From positions 21,657 to 85,656 of the forward strand of contig JAKSVE010000001.1 of NCBI GenBank assembly GCA_024408295.1: a stretch of DNA of 64,000 bases, read 5' to 3'. Below the pieces are notes generated by a model that was given only the letters and a program-made list of their open reading frames with translations, searched no databases and was not told the DNA's origin. Below, piece by piece: positions 37,659-46,500 of the stretch. The position numbers and the translations under genes are program-made. Source of the DNA: Bacilli bacterium (GTDB lineage: Bacteria > Bacillota_I > Bacilli_A > RFN20 > CAG-826). Positions within the stretch are counted from its first letter, which is position 1; each line of letters begins with the position of its first letter.

Positions 37659-38154
37659 GGAGAAGAAGCAACTGATCATCGTCGCGGGACCTGAAGCCTC
37701 AGGAAAGAAGACCTTCGCCGAGGTCTTCAAGACCGCATTCCTCCAGGGTTTGCCTGAAGATAATCTATATAAAGGCATCATATCGGGCATGTCTTTCTAT
37801 TGTGTGTCCTCTTTATCCACTTCTGATGAGGTCAAACTAGTTAAATTAGCAAAAGAAAGAGGTTATAGAGTGACCATCTATTTCCTGTTCGCTCCACATG
37901 AGCTTTGTTTAGTGAGAGCAAGACTCCGCTCAATCGTCTCGAAGATTCCGTACAACGAAACAGAAATGAAGGCAAAATACGATTCTTCCCGCAAAAACCT
38001 TGCAGAACTGAAGACATCAACAGACATCGTCTTCTTCATTAGAAATCTCAAGGAATTCGATTTCGTTTCGGCTTTATCGCCTAGCGAATTGACCGCAAGA
38101 ACATACCAACTCACCATTCAAAAGGTCCAACTTTCGGTTGAATTACCGGAGTAA
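37651..38154 (+). CDS. zeta-toxin/COG4185-like P-loop kinase family protein (short, Walker A slightly degenerate)
   Basis: LIIVAGPEASGKKT Walker A-like. ERGYRVTIYFLFAPHELCLVRARLR matches the E-G-Y-x-V..F..l.s.EL...R core of zeta-like kinases. Confidence 0.6.
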   Translation: MDEEKKQLIIVAGPEASGKKTFAEVFKTAFLQGLPEDNLYKGIISGMSFYCVSSLSTSDEVKLVKLAKERGYRVTIYFLFAPHELCLVRARLRSIVSKIPYNETEMKAKYDSSRKNLAELKTSTDIVFFIRNLKEFDFVSALSPSELTARTYQLTIQKVQLSVELPE

Positions 38155-38202
38155 GATAAGAATTATCTTGCTTAAAAGTATTATTCATTTACAATTTACC
38201 AC

Positions 38203-39054
38203 ATGGAAAAAGTTATTTTCAGCGACCTTGATGGGACTCTTTTTTATCCTAAGACCAAAAGAAAGATGGTCCCAGGCAAGAATAAGAACTTCATTGACCG
38301 CTTCGTAAGGGATGGAGGAAAACTAGTTCTTGTCACAGGCAGAGGACATATGTTTGCCGACAAGGTTTGCGAATATATCAATCACCAGGTTGACTATATC
38401 TGCTGTAACGGCGCTTCGATATACCAGAACGGAATCCCTATAAAGGAATCCTCTTTTGAGCCTGAAACCCTCAAGGAAATCATTGATTTCACCGCGAAGA
38501 GCTACAACACGAGAACCGTCATTCTTTTCACTAAGCATAGAAATATGGTGTTCCCTAAAGAAGGCCTAGCCTTATGGGTCAAACTCTTCTATCCGATTTA
38601 TATGGGTATGCAGGGTTCCTACAAGGAAGTCATCGTCAAGGACAACGAGGCTTATCGTGAAGAGCTTGAAAAAGGAGAAGTGGAGAAGGCCATGATCTTC
38701 TTCTCCGCCACCCCGCTAGGCAGCAACAAGGCAAATGCCGCCAACAAGGAACTCAGAAAATTGTTCGGCGATAAAGCGGAGTTCTCCTGGACCAACCAGT
38801 GCATTGAAGTCACCCCTTTTGGATGCTCAAAGAGCAACGCGATATCGTATTATCTTGATTATAATCAGATAAACAAGGATAATGTGTTAGTTGTCGGCGA
38901 CTCCGGAAACGATATTTCCATGTTCGAGGCCTTCAAAGAAGAGAGCTATTGCATGGCTCATGCCCACGACGACGTAAAGAAACACGCTAAGCACATCGTT
39001 AAGCGTTTCTATAATTTAGAGGACTATATCTACCCATCTGAGGAGAACAAGTAA
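38203..39054 (+). CDS. Cof-type HAD-IIB phosphatase
   Basis: DLDGTL motif I, GDSGNDISM motif IV. Confidence 0.85.
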   Translation: MEKVIFSDLDGTLFYPKTKRKMVPGKNKNFIDRFVRDGGKLVLVTGRGHMFADKVCEYINHQVDYICCNGASIYQNGIPIKESSFEPETLKEIIDFTAKSYNTRTVILFTKHRNMVFPKEGLALWVKLFYPIYMGMQGSYKEVIVKDNEAYREELEKGEVEKAMIFFSATPLGSNKANAANKELRKLFGDKAEFSWTNQCIEVTPFGCSKSNAISYYLDYNQINKDNVLVVGDSGNDISMFEAFKEESYCMAHAHDDVKKHAKHIVKRFYNLEDYIYPSEENK

Positions 39055-39089
39055 TCTACCTCTAAAACATTTCTAAGGAAGGAAAAATT

Positions 39090-39947
39090 ATGAATCAGAA
39101 TTGTTTAGTACTTGCAACATTGGTTCGCTACCAGTCAATGGTCAGAGACACTCTCGAGTATGCTCTTGAGAGAGAAAGCTATGACGTTAATGTCTACAAC
39201 ACAAAGAAAGCAGCAATCATCGCTGAACTCGACAACAATACTCCATTGAAGTCATTCATCGAGAACAATGGCGAAAACGGACAGAAGTTCGAAGCACAGA
39301 TCCGTGAATTCCACGAGACAGTCTATGGCGAAGGTTCAACAATCCTCAAACTCGCAAACGACGGATTAAGAGTTGACCACGCTCAGCACATCGCAATCTT
39401 CAAGGGTGTTATCCCAGTTCACGAAACAGTCGCATCACTCATCAACGGCTACATCGCAGACGCAAAATCAAAGAACCTTGATGTCGCAGCAGGAGAAAAG
39501 GCAGCTATCGCAGAAGAAAGATTCTACCGCGGCGTTTGCTTCCTCACACTTTCACAGAACTTAGTCAAGCTCTTCAACGATTACAACAACGCAAGAAGAG
39601 AAGCTAATGGCGCTGAAACAGCAGCTTCAAGATTCATCGGCAACGACATCAGCGAAATCGTCAGATTAATCAACGAAGTCATGAATGCATCACGCCTTAC
39701 AGACGAAAGATATTGGGGCGCAGCAGATAAGCTCAACCTCCTCGTCCACTACATGACAGGCAGACGTGCACTCCCAATGGGCAAAGGCATGGGTGAAGCT
39801 ATCAGAGAATGCCAGGATGGTATCGCAGGATTCGTCCGTGAAGTCGAACAGGACTTCCACGCAATCGTCGATCCATTCATGCAGGAATTCATCGCAGACG
39901 TCCAGGCTCAGGCAGCAGCTGCAGGACAGGCTCCAGCAGCAAACTAA
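39090..39947 (+). CDS. hypothetical soluble protein with high-expression-type codon usage
   Basis: 285-aa ORF. SD AAGGAAGGA. Codon choice is like fba, pduL and pgcA (AAC, GAC, ATC, TTC, GCA, TCA). No recognisable motif. Confidence 0.7.
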   Translation: MNQNCLVLATLVRYQSMVRDTLEYALERESYDVNVYNTKKAAIIAELDNNTPLKSFIENNGENGQKFEAQIREFHETVYGEGSTILKLANDGLRVDHAQHIAIFKGVIPVHETVASLINGYIADAKSKNLDVAAGEKAAIAEERFYRGVCFLTLSQNLVKLFNDYNNARREANGAETAASRFIGNDISEIVRLINEVMNASRLTDERYWGAADKLNLLVHYMTGRRALPMGKGMGEAIRECQDGIAGFVREVEQDFHAIVDPFMQEFIADVQAQAAAAGQAPAAN

Positions 39948-39975
39948 TCTAATTAATCACAATAAGGAGAACTAA

Positions 39976-40383
39976 ATGGCAAAGTCAGTTACCAAAATAA
40001 GTGCATGGGAAAAACTATGGATTGTTATCGCCAGCTTATTTGCTGTGGCCGGCTTAACATTCATAGTCTTCGGTATCATTGGAAGCCATTGGGCTGTTTC
40101 CTATAGCGATAACTGGATCCTTACATCGGAAGTTGCATTCACTGCAAAGATCCACCTTTCATATCGCTGGTTCGGAACAATCCTCCTCTTGGCTGGCGCA
40201 ATCATCTCAGTCATCTCATTGAACTTCTTCGAGAAGAAGTCCGATGCTGATCAGGAAAGAGCGGAGAGACGTGCTCAGAGAATGAAAATCATTCAGGAGT
40301 CATCAAAACCAACCGAAAACCAGACTGAAGGCGCTCAGGAAGTGGCTTCAACCCCAGCTGAAGAACCAACACCAGCTGAATAA
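39976..40383 (+). CDS. small two-TM membrane protein with charged C-terminal tail
   Basis: SD AAGGAGAA, two hydrophobic helices, and an ERAERRAQR...PAEEPTPAE tail. Confidence 0.7.
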   Translation: MAKSVTKISAWEKLWIVIASLFAVAGLTFIVFGIIGSHWAVSYSDNWILTSEVAFTAKIHLSYRWFGTILLLAGAIISVISLNFFEKKSDADQERAERRAQRMKIIQESSKPTENQTEGAQEVASTPAEEPTPAE

Positions 40384-40398
40384 GACACTAAACAATCT

Positions 40399-40424
40399 AG
40401 CGGGTCGTAAGATCCGCTTTTTTG
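40399..40424 (+). terminator. intrinsic terminator
   Basis: AGCGGG TCGTAAGA TCCGCT then TTTTTTG. Confidence 0.75.
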
Positions 40425-40513
40425 TTACATTCATTAGATGCACGTGTTGCATTTTGGCCTATCGAGCAAGATGCAGGAGGACAAATTGGCCTCTATTATC
40501 GTGAAGAAGAGGA

Positions 40514-40546
40514 CAAAATAAAACTCCCCGGAATCAATCCAGGGAG
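40514..40546 (-). terminator. terminator downstream of tRNA-Ser(GGA)
   Basis: Minus strand: CTCCCTGG ATTGATTC CGGGGAG then TTTTATTTTG. Confidence 0.7.
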
Positions 40547-40558
40547 ATTTATTGCACT

Positions 40559-40649
40559 TGGCGGAGGAAGAGGGATTCGAACCCTCGCTCAGTGTTACCC
40601 GACTATGAGCTTTCCAAGCCCACCCCTTCGGCCTCTTGGGTATTCCTCC
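40559..40649 (-). tRNA. tRNA-Ser (anticodon GGA), CCA encoded
   Basis: GGAGGAATACCCAAGAGGCCGAAGGGG..., loop TTGGAAA, long variable arm, GGTTCGAATCCCTCTTCCTCCGCCA. Confidence 0.92.
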
Positions 40650-40739
40650 AAAGGATTTGCCATCTTTTCTCTAACGGCTTGAAGATTATAGTATCTATAA
40701 AATGATTTTTCAATCTTGCATTGGTATAATCTACCTCGT

Positions 40740-41702
40740 ATGAAAGAAATAGTTGTCAACAAACAAAACTCCGGACAGAAAATCGAGAAGTTCGTGAAAA
40801 GATACCTCACTGAGGCACCTTTAGGCTTTATATATAAGGCTTTTAGGAAAAAAGACATTAAAGTCAATGGCCATTGGGTCCATAAAGACCACGTGGTCAA
40901 TGAAGGGGATGTGGTTAGAATCTACGTCACAGACGCTCAATTGGCAGACTTTGCAAAGCCAAGAGAAGCAATCAAGCAAGATTTCCCATATAGAATCGTA
41001 TACGAATCAGAGAATGTCTTGATCGTTGATAAACCAGCGGGAATCCTCGTCATCGGCGATTCTAACGAAACAAGAAACACCTTAGCTAGAAAAGTGTTGG
41101 ATTACCTTTACTTCAAAGGCGAGTTCGACCCAAATAACCATATCTTCGTTCCATCTCCAGCTCATCGTTTAGATAGAAATACCGCAGGACTTGTGGTGTT
41201 TGGAAAAACCGATGCTGCACTCCATGAATTAGAAGAGATGTTCAAAGAGAGAAACAACATCGAGAAGAGATACACCGCATTGGTCGCTGGTGTTCTTAAC
41301 GGAGAAGGTGAAGTGGACGCCCCTTTAGCAAAAGACGCCGAACAGGGAATAGTCAAGGTTACCCCAATCTCCAAAGGAGGCAAGAAGGCTCTCACCAAAT
41401 ATAGAGTCCTCAAGAACTTTGATGACGCAACATTAGTTGAATGCGAGCTCATCACCGGAAGAACCCACCAGATTAGGGTCCATATGGCGTCAATCGATCA
41501 TCCGATGGTCGGAGACGGAAAGTACGGAGACTTCCAAACAAATCGCATCTTTAAATCAATCTATAACTTCGATAGGCAGTTCTTACATGCAACAAGCATG
41601 ACCTTCCATCAATGCAGATACCCTCTAAAAGAGCTTGAAGGTCAGACATTTGTGTCGAATTTGACTAAAGAAGAGGCTGAACTCATTGCCCATTTAAAAT
41701 GA
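40740..41702 (+). CDS. RluA-family (RluC/RluD-type) 23S rRNA pseudouridine synthase
   Basis: N-terminal S4-like domain and catalytic HRLDRNTAGLV motif. TGGTATAAT at 40722-40730 favours ATG 40740. Confidence 0.88.
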   Translation: MKEIVVNKQNSGQKIEKFVKRYLTEAPLGFIYKAFRKKDIKVNGHWVHKDHVVNEGDVVRIYVTDAQLADFAKPREAIKQDFPYRIVYESENVLIVDKPAGILVIGDSNETRNTLARKVLDYLYFKGEFDPNNHIFVPSPAHRLDRNTAGLVVFGKTDAALHELEEMFKERNNIEKRYTALVAGVLNGEGEVDAPLAKDAEQGIVKVTPISKGGKKALTKYRVLKNFDDATLVECELITGRTHQIRVHMASIDHPMVGDGKYGDFQTNRIFKSIYNFDRQFLHATSMTFHQCRYPLKELEGQTFVSNLTKEEAELIAHLK

Positions 41703-41751
41703 GTGTGTAAAATAATAGATGAACAAATCCACATAAGTGGGAGGAACATAA

Positions 41752-43464
41752 ATGAGCAACGTTGTAATGAGCAACTACGTCAGATGGCTATTATGCCCAA
41801 AGACGACAGAAGAAGAGAGAAACACTCTTATTTCAATGAACGCCAAGGAGAAAGATGACGCTTTCTTCCAGGATATCGAATTCGGTACCGCTGGCATGAG
41901 AGGAATCTTAGGCCCAGGCACAAATAGACTTAACAGATTCACAGTCAAGAAAGCATCAATCGCATTCGCATTATATCTCCTTGAAACATTCAAGGATGTT
42001 GAGAAGAAGGCTGTTGCTATCGCTTACGACAACAGATGGTATTCTCCTGAATTCTGCGAATTGTCAGCAGAAATTCTTAACGATTACGGAATCGATGCAT
42101 ATTACTTCGATTCATTGAGACCAACACCAGAATTATCATTCGCGGTCAGAGAACTCAACTGTATCGGTGGTATCATGATCACCGCATCACACAACTCAAA
42201 GGAATATAATGGCTATAAAGTCTATGATGAGACAGGCTGCCAGTTAGTTCCTGAGAAGATTGAAAGAATGATTGAAATCCTCAACAACCTTCCAGATGAA
42301 TTGACAGTCGAATCAAACCCAGTCCCAGAAAGAGGAACATCACACATCATCGATTCATCTTTAGATGATAAGTATGTCGCATTAGTTGAAACCCTCCAGA
42401 TCAATCCTGATCTTAAGAAGGAAGGCTTCAAGATTGTCTATACCCCTCAGCACGGTACATCATACGAGAACGCTATGCGCGTCTTCAATGAACTCGGATA
42501 CGATGTCACTCCAGTTGCTGCTCAGTGTGAGCACGATCCTAACTTCGGCGCTACCCTCTCACCAAACCCAGAGACCGCAGAAGCATTCATCGAACCAATC
42601 AAACTCGCAGAAGAAATCAATGCTAACCTCATCGTTATGACAGACCCTGACGGCGATAGATGCGGACTTGCATACAATAACGGCACTGAATGGGTCAGAT
42701 TGACAGGTAACGAATCAGCTGCTCTTCTCATCGACTATATCATGTCAAATAAGGCTGCTCGCGAAGAACTCCCTGCAAATGGCGCTCTTTATGACACAGT
42801 CGTCACATCAGACTTAGGAAGAAAGATTGCAACTTCATACGGAGTCAATGTCGAATCATTCTTAACAGGCTTCAAGTACATCGGCCACCAGATCGACCAC
42901 TACGAGAAAGTCGGCAGTGGACCAGAATTCGTCTTCGGATATGAAGAATCATACGGCTGCTTAGTCGGACCATTCGTCAGAGACAAAGACGGAATCCAGG
43001 CAATCACACTTTACTGCGAAATGGCTCTCTATCACCACTTACAGGGCAAGACCCTTGGTGAGGCATTCGTCGAACTTCAAAAGAAGCACGGTTTCCACAA
43101 GGCAACAACAAAGTCATTCATGTTCCCTGGATCAGATGGCAAGGACAAGATGAACTCAATCATCGACTATGTCAGAAGCAACCCTCCAAAAGCACTCAAA
43201 GACACTGCTGTTGTTGAGATCTATGACTTCTTAAGCGATGAGAAGATCGATTGCAAGACAGGTGAGAAGACGCATCTCGACCTCGATTCATCAAACGTCT
43301 TGAAGTTCGTCTTCGAAGATTCAAGCTGGTTAGCTATCCGTCCTTCAGGAACCGAGCCAAAGTGCAAGGTTTATGTTGAAGGAACATCAACCACCGCTGA
43401 AGGCGCAACAGAAAAGGCTCTTGGCATGATTGCAGAATTCTGCGCTTATGCCGGAATGGAATAA
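41752..43464 (+). CDS. pgcA: phosphoglucomutase / phosphomannomutase (PgcA-type)
   Basis: Phosphoserine loop TASHNSKEYNGYK, Mg loop DPDGDR, GYEESYG sugar loop. Confidence 0.92.
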   Translation: MSNVVMSNYVRWLLCPKTTEEERNTLISMNAKEKDDAFFQDIEFGTAGMRGILGPGTNRLNRFTVKKASIAFALYLLETFKDVEKKAVAIAYDNRWYSPEFCELSAEILNDYGIDAYYFDSLRPTPELSFAVRELNCIGGIMITASHNSKEYNGYKVYDETGCQLVPEKIERMIEILNNLPDELTVESNPVPERGTSHIIDSSLDDKYVALVETLQINPDLKKEGFKIVYTPQHGTSYENAMRVFNELGYDVTPVAAQCEHDPNFGATLSPNPETAEAFIEPIKLAEEINANLIVMTDPDGDRCGLAYNNGTEWVRLTGNESAALLIDYIMSNKAAREELPANGALYDTVVTSDLGRKIATSYGVNVESFLTGFKYIGHQIDHYEKVGSGPEFVFGYEESYGCLVGPFVRDKDGIQAITLYCEMALYHHLQGKTLGEAFVELQKKHGFHKATTKSFMFPGSDGKDKMNSIIDYVRSNPPKALKDTAVVEIYDFLSDEKIDCKTGEKTHLDLDSSNVLKFVFEDSSWLAIRPSGTEPKCKVYVEGTSTTAEGATEKALGMIAEFCAYAGME

Positions 43465-43482
43465 ACTCCAAAGATAAAATAG

Positions 43483-43522
43483 GGAGACGTTATTTAGGAT
43501 TTTCTGAATGCGTCTCTTTTTT
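43483..43522 (+). terminator. intrinsic terminator of pgcA (long loop)
   Basis: GGAGACG...CGTCTCT then TTTTTG. Confidence 0.55.
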
Positions 43523-43574
43523 GATGAAACCATTTATTGATTGACATTATTCCTTGGTTAAATACCATTTAATT

Positions 43575-46500
43575 ATGGATACATTTAATTTGCCCCTAAC
43601 TTTAACTGACCTCACTGACAATAGCGTTATTGATTTGAATTGTGCTGTCGCAATTTCAGAAATTAAAGCGACCGTTTCTCTATATGACCTCGGTCCTAGG
43701 ATACTGAATAGAGCGCGGTTGTTCATGCCTGTGAATGTTGCGGCTTCGTTGGCTCGCATAAGCTGCTTTGCTACAGGATGTTATATTGATGTTGCCGAAA
43801 TCATTGAGATAGATGGTGTATACTATGCCATTTTTGACATTACCAATCGTTTAATTCACTTGAGTTCGGGAAATATCGATTTGACTTTCCGCCTATCCGG
43901 AAGCGCTCCGGGAATCCAATTTGATTTTACCCCCGGGATAGCGGAGGCATTTGTCCAGGCAGAGACGAGGGAAGCTATTTTCTTACCAAAGGAGACTATT
44001 TCCCTAATTTCTTCTCTGAATGATTCGTTTGCGGTTTCAGTCACTCCGATTAATTCTTCTGTTAGTGTTGTTAGACCCCTGTTCAGAGGATTGTTAAAAG
44101 AAGAATACTGTCTTGTTTACAATGCATTTTACAATGGCACGGCATATTCTTCCGTTTTTCCTCTAGGATGGGGTATGAGCGAATTGCCTGAATGGGATGA
44201 CGATGAAAAAGTGCTCTACGATGGCGAAAAGAGACCGATAAAGTTCGTACCGACTCTTAATAACCAAAACGTTCTAATAGATTCAATGGGCAGTAGAATA
44301 TGCGCAAAGCTGATGTCTTCTACCGTTGAGATAACCAAGATTGGCGAGGACGGTGCTATCGTATTTGACAGAAACTCGGGCAGGATTTCGTCAAAAACTT
44401 CTTTTGGAAGGATTACTTCGTTTGCGTATCAGACGGGTAGAATCGTGATTTCCGACCCATACGGGAATGTGATTTCCATTCGTAGAGTGCTTAACCAGCT
44501 CCTCATCTCCCTAAACAGTGGGGATATATCATTTTCTTGCGACATCTATGGTCCGTCTCAAGTTTCTATATTTGAACAATCTGCTGGTGTTGGGCGAGGT
44601 TCTGAGACGATTACGTATGGAAATTATGGGAGAGTGATCTCTGTCGAATCGTTTGACGGGGAGAAAATAGAGCTTGAATATTTTTCCAGTGGGAAAATTA
44701 AAAAAATATGCAAGAGAAGCGCAACGGGTGAGTCTTTTGACAGTTCTGAATTTTCCCATTATTCTGATTCATTTTCTATTACCGATGAATATGGGAAAAC
44801 TATTGCGTATCGCTTTGACGATTCCCTTGAGATAGTGTCATCTTTTGATGCTTCATCGGGAAATAGATTATTTATTGGCAAGCGAAACGCGACTGACGAT
44901 GATTACGTCATGGCCGACGACCCAGTCGTTCTGCTGAGTGATGATGGCCACGATTTTATCTCTGTAACAGGCATTAATAATCCAAATCATTCGGTGGGAG
45001 GTTCTGAAGGCATTCACGCCACTATCGAAGGAGCTGTAATCAACGACTCGGAGGAATATATGCTCTCATTGGTCGTATACGGCCATGCCCCTTCTCCGTC
45101 TAGATCTGGCGCGAACTGTAGAGGAGTTGAAGTGTCAGTTCGCTTAGAATACGGAAGAAGCGGACCACAGCCGTTGCAACCAGATAATATAAAAATTGAA
45201 GCCGACCGATATAATGTCGTTTGCGCTAGCTTACCAATAAAATCTTCGTACCAAGGTCGTCCGCTTACCTCTGTAAGTGCATATTTAATAGTTACGGATG
45301 AGTCTTATTCCACTTTTGTCTTATTTGCAACCATTACGAGGGCGACTAAGATTAAGAGATCCTTTGTATATTTTGAAAATGAGTCCGAAGATTTAAACCA
45401 TCTTCGCATATTCAATCCATCGAGAATTATTGGGACCGACGGTATAGACCTGGTCGGAAGGGATATAAGAGTCACGCAATCGGACGCTGTTTCCAATATG
45501 TATTCGTCCATGAATGGCAATGATATCGTATTTTTTGATGATGGGAAATATGCAGTATATGGCATCTCCGTGCGCTATTTTGACGGCCAATACCGTTTAT
45601 CATCTAATGCCGATTTCTCTTTTTCTTCCAATGTATCCTCCGAATGCGTAAGTGTTACAAGGTATGTCCGTGAAGGACTTAGGCTGAACGTGGAGTCGAT
45701 ATTATTCTCTCGCAATACCCAAGACGTGAGAAAAAACTTTGTGATGCTCGACAATTTAGGCAGGATTATCCGGGAAGAGTGTGACTCATCCGAAACTGTA
45801 TACCGTTATAATTCTAGCGGATTAATAGAATCTGTATCTCAAATTGGTCAGGGTTCAACGGAATATTATTACGACGATAGCGATAGGCTTATCTCAGAGC
45901 AGCATTCTAATAGATCATTATCCTTCGCTGTGTTCTATGCGTATTACGGGAATTATGAACGAGCATGTTTCTCCCAAAGGAGCGGATGCCCATACGAATA
46001 TTTCGAATTTAGTGACGGATATGGTCCAATGAGTTCGTTGATTCGATGGTTCGGGACAAACTACTTTACGCGACACCAGGATGGTAGAATCGCATCAGCC
46101 AGCGACGGAAATCGTGTCGCCTCATTTGGTTACAATCATAAGAAAGAATGTATAGGGGCTTCGTGCTCTGGGGCAATAGAGAGAATTGATTCCGAAACTC
46201 AAACGGAAACCAGATGGCTGCTCAATTCATATTCCTGTGTGATAAGTAGAGACGAATACGGGAGACCGTACGAATACAGTGTAAACGGTACTCTAAAATC
46301 CAGACTGATATATTCCGACACGGATATATACACTAATTATTTTGATATAACGTATGATGACGAGAGAATCCATTCCTCCAACTCATCAAAACTCATTTTT
46401 AGATTCGAGACACTCGATAGTACGATGACGCATTATCTCTATGATTCATTTGGCCGCGTGATAGACGTTGACGTCATGGAGAGCGAATCATTGAGGCAAT

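Noticed and set aside
40422-40900. ORFs 40422-40682 (plus) and 40595-40900 (minus)
   Set aside because: Both run through tRNA-Ser(GGA) and its terminator, or through the rlu promoter. They have no SD.
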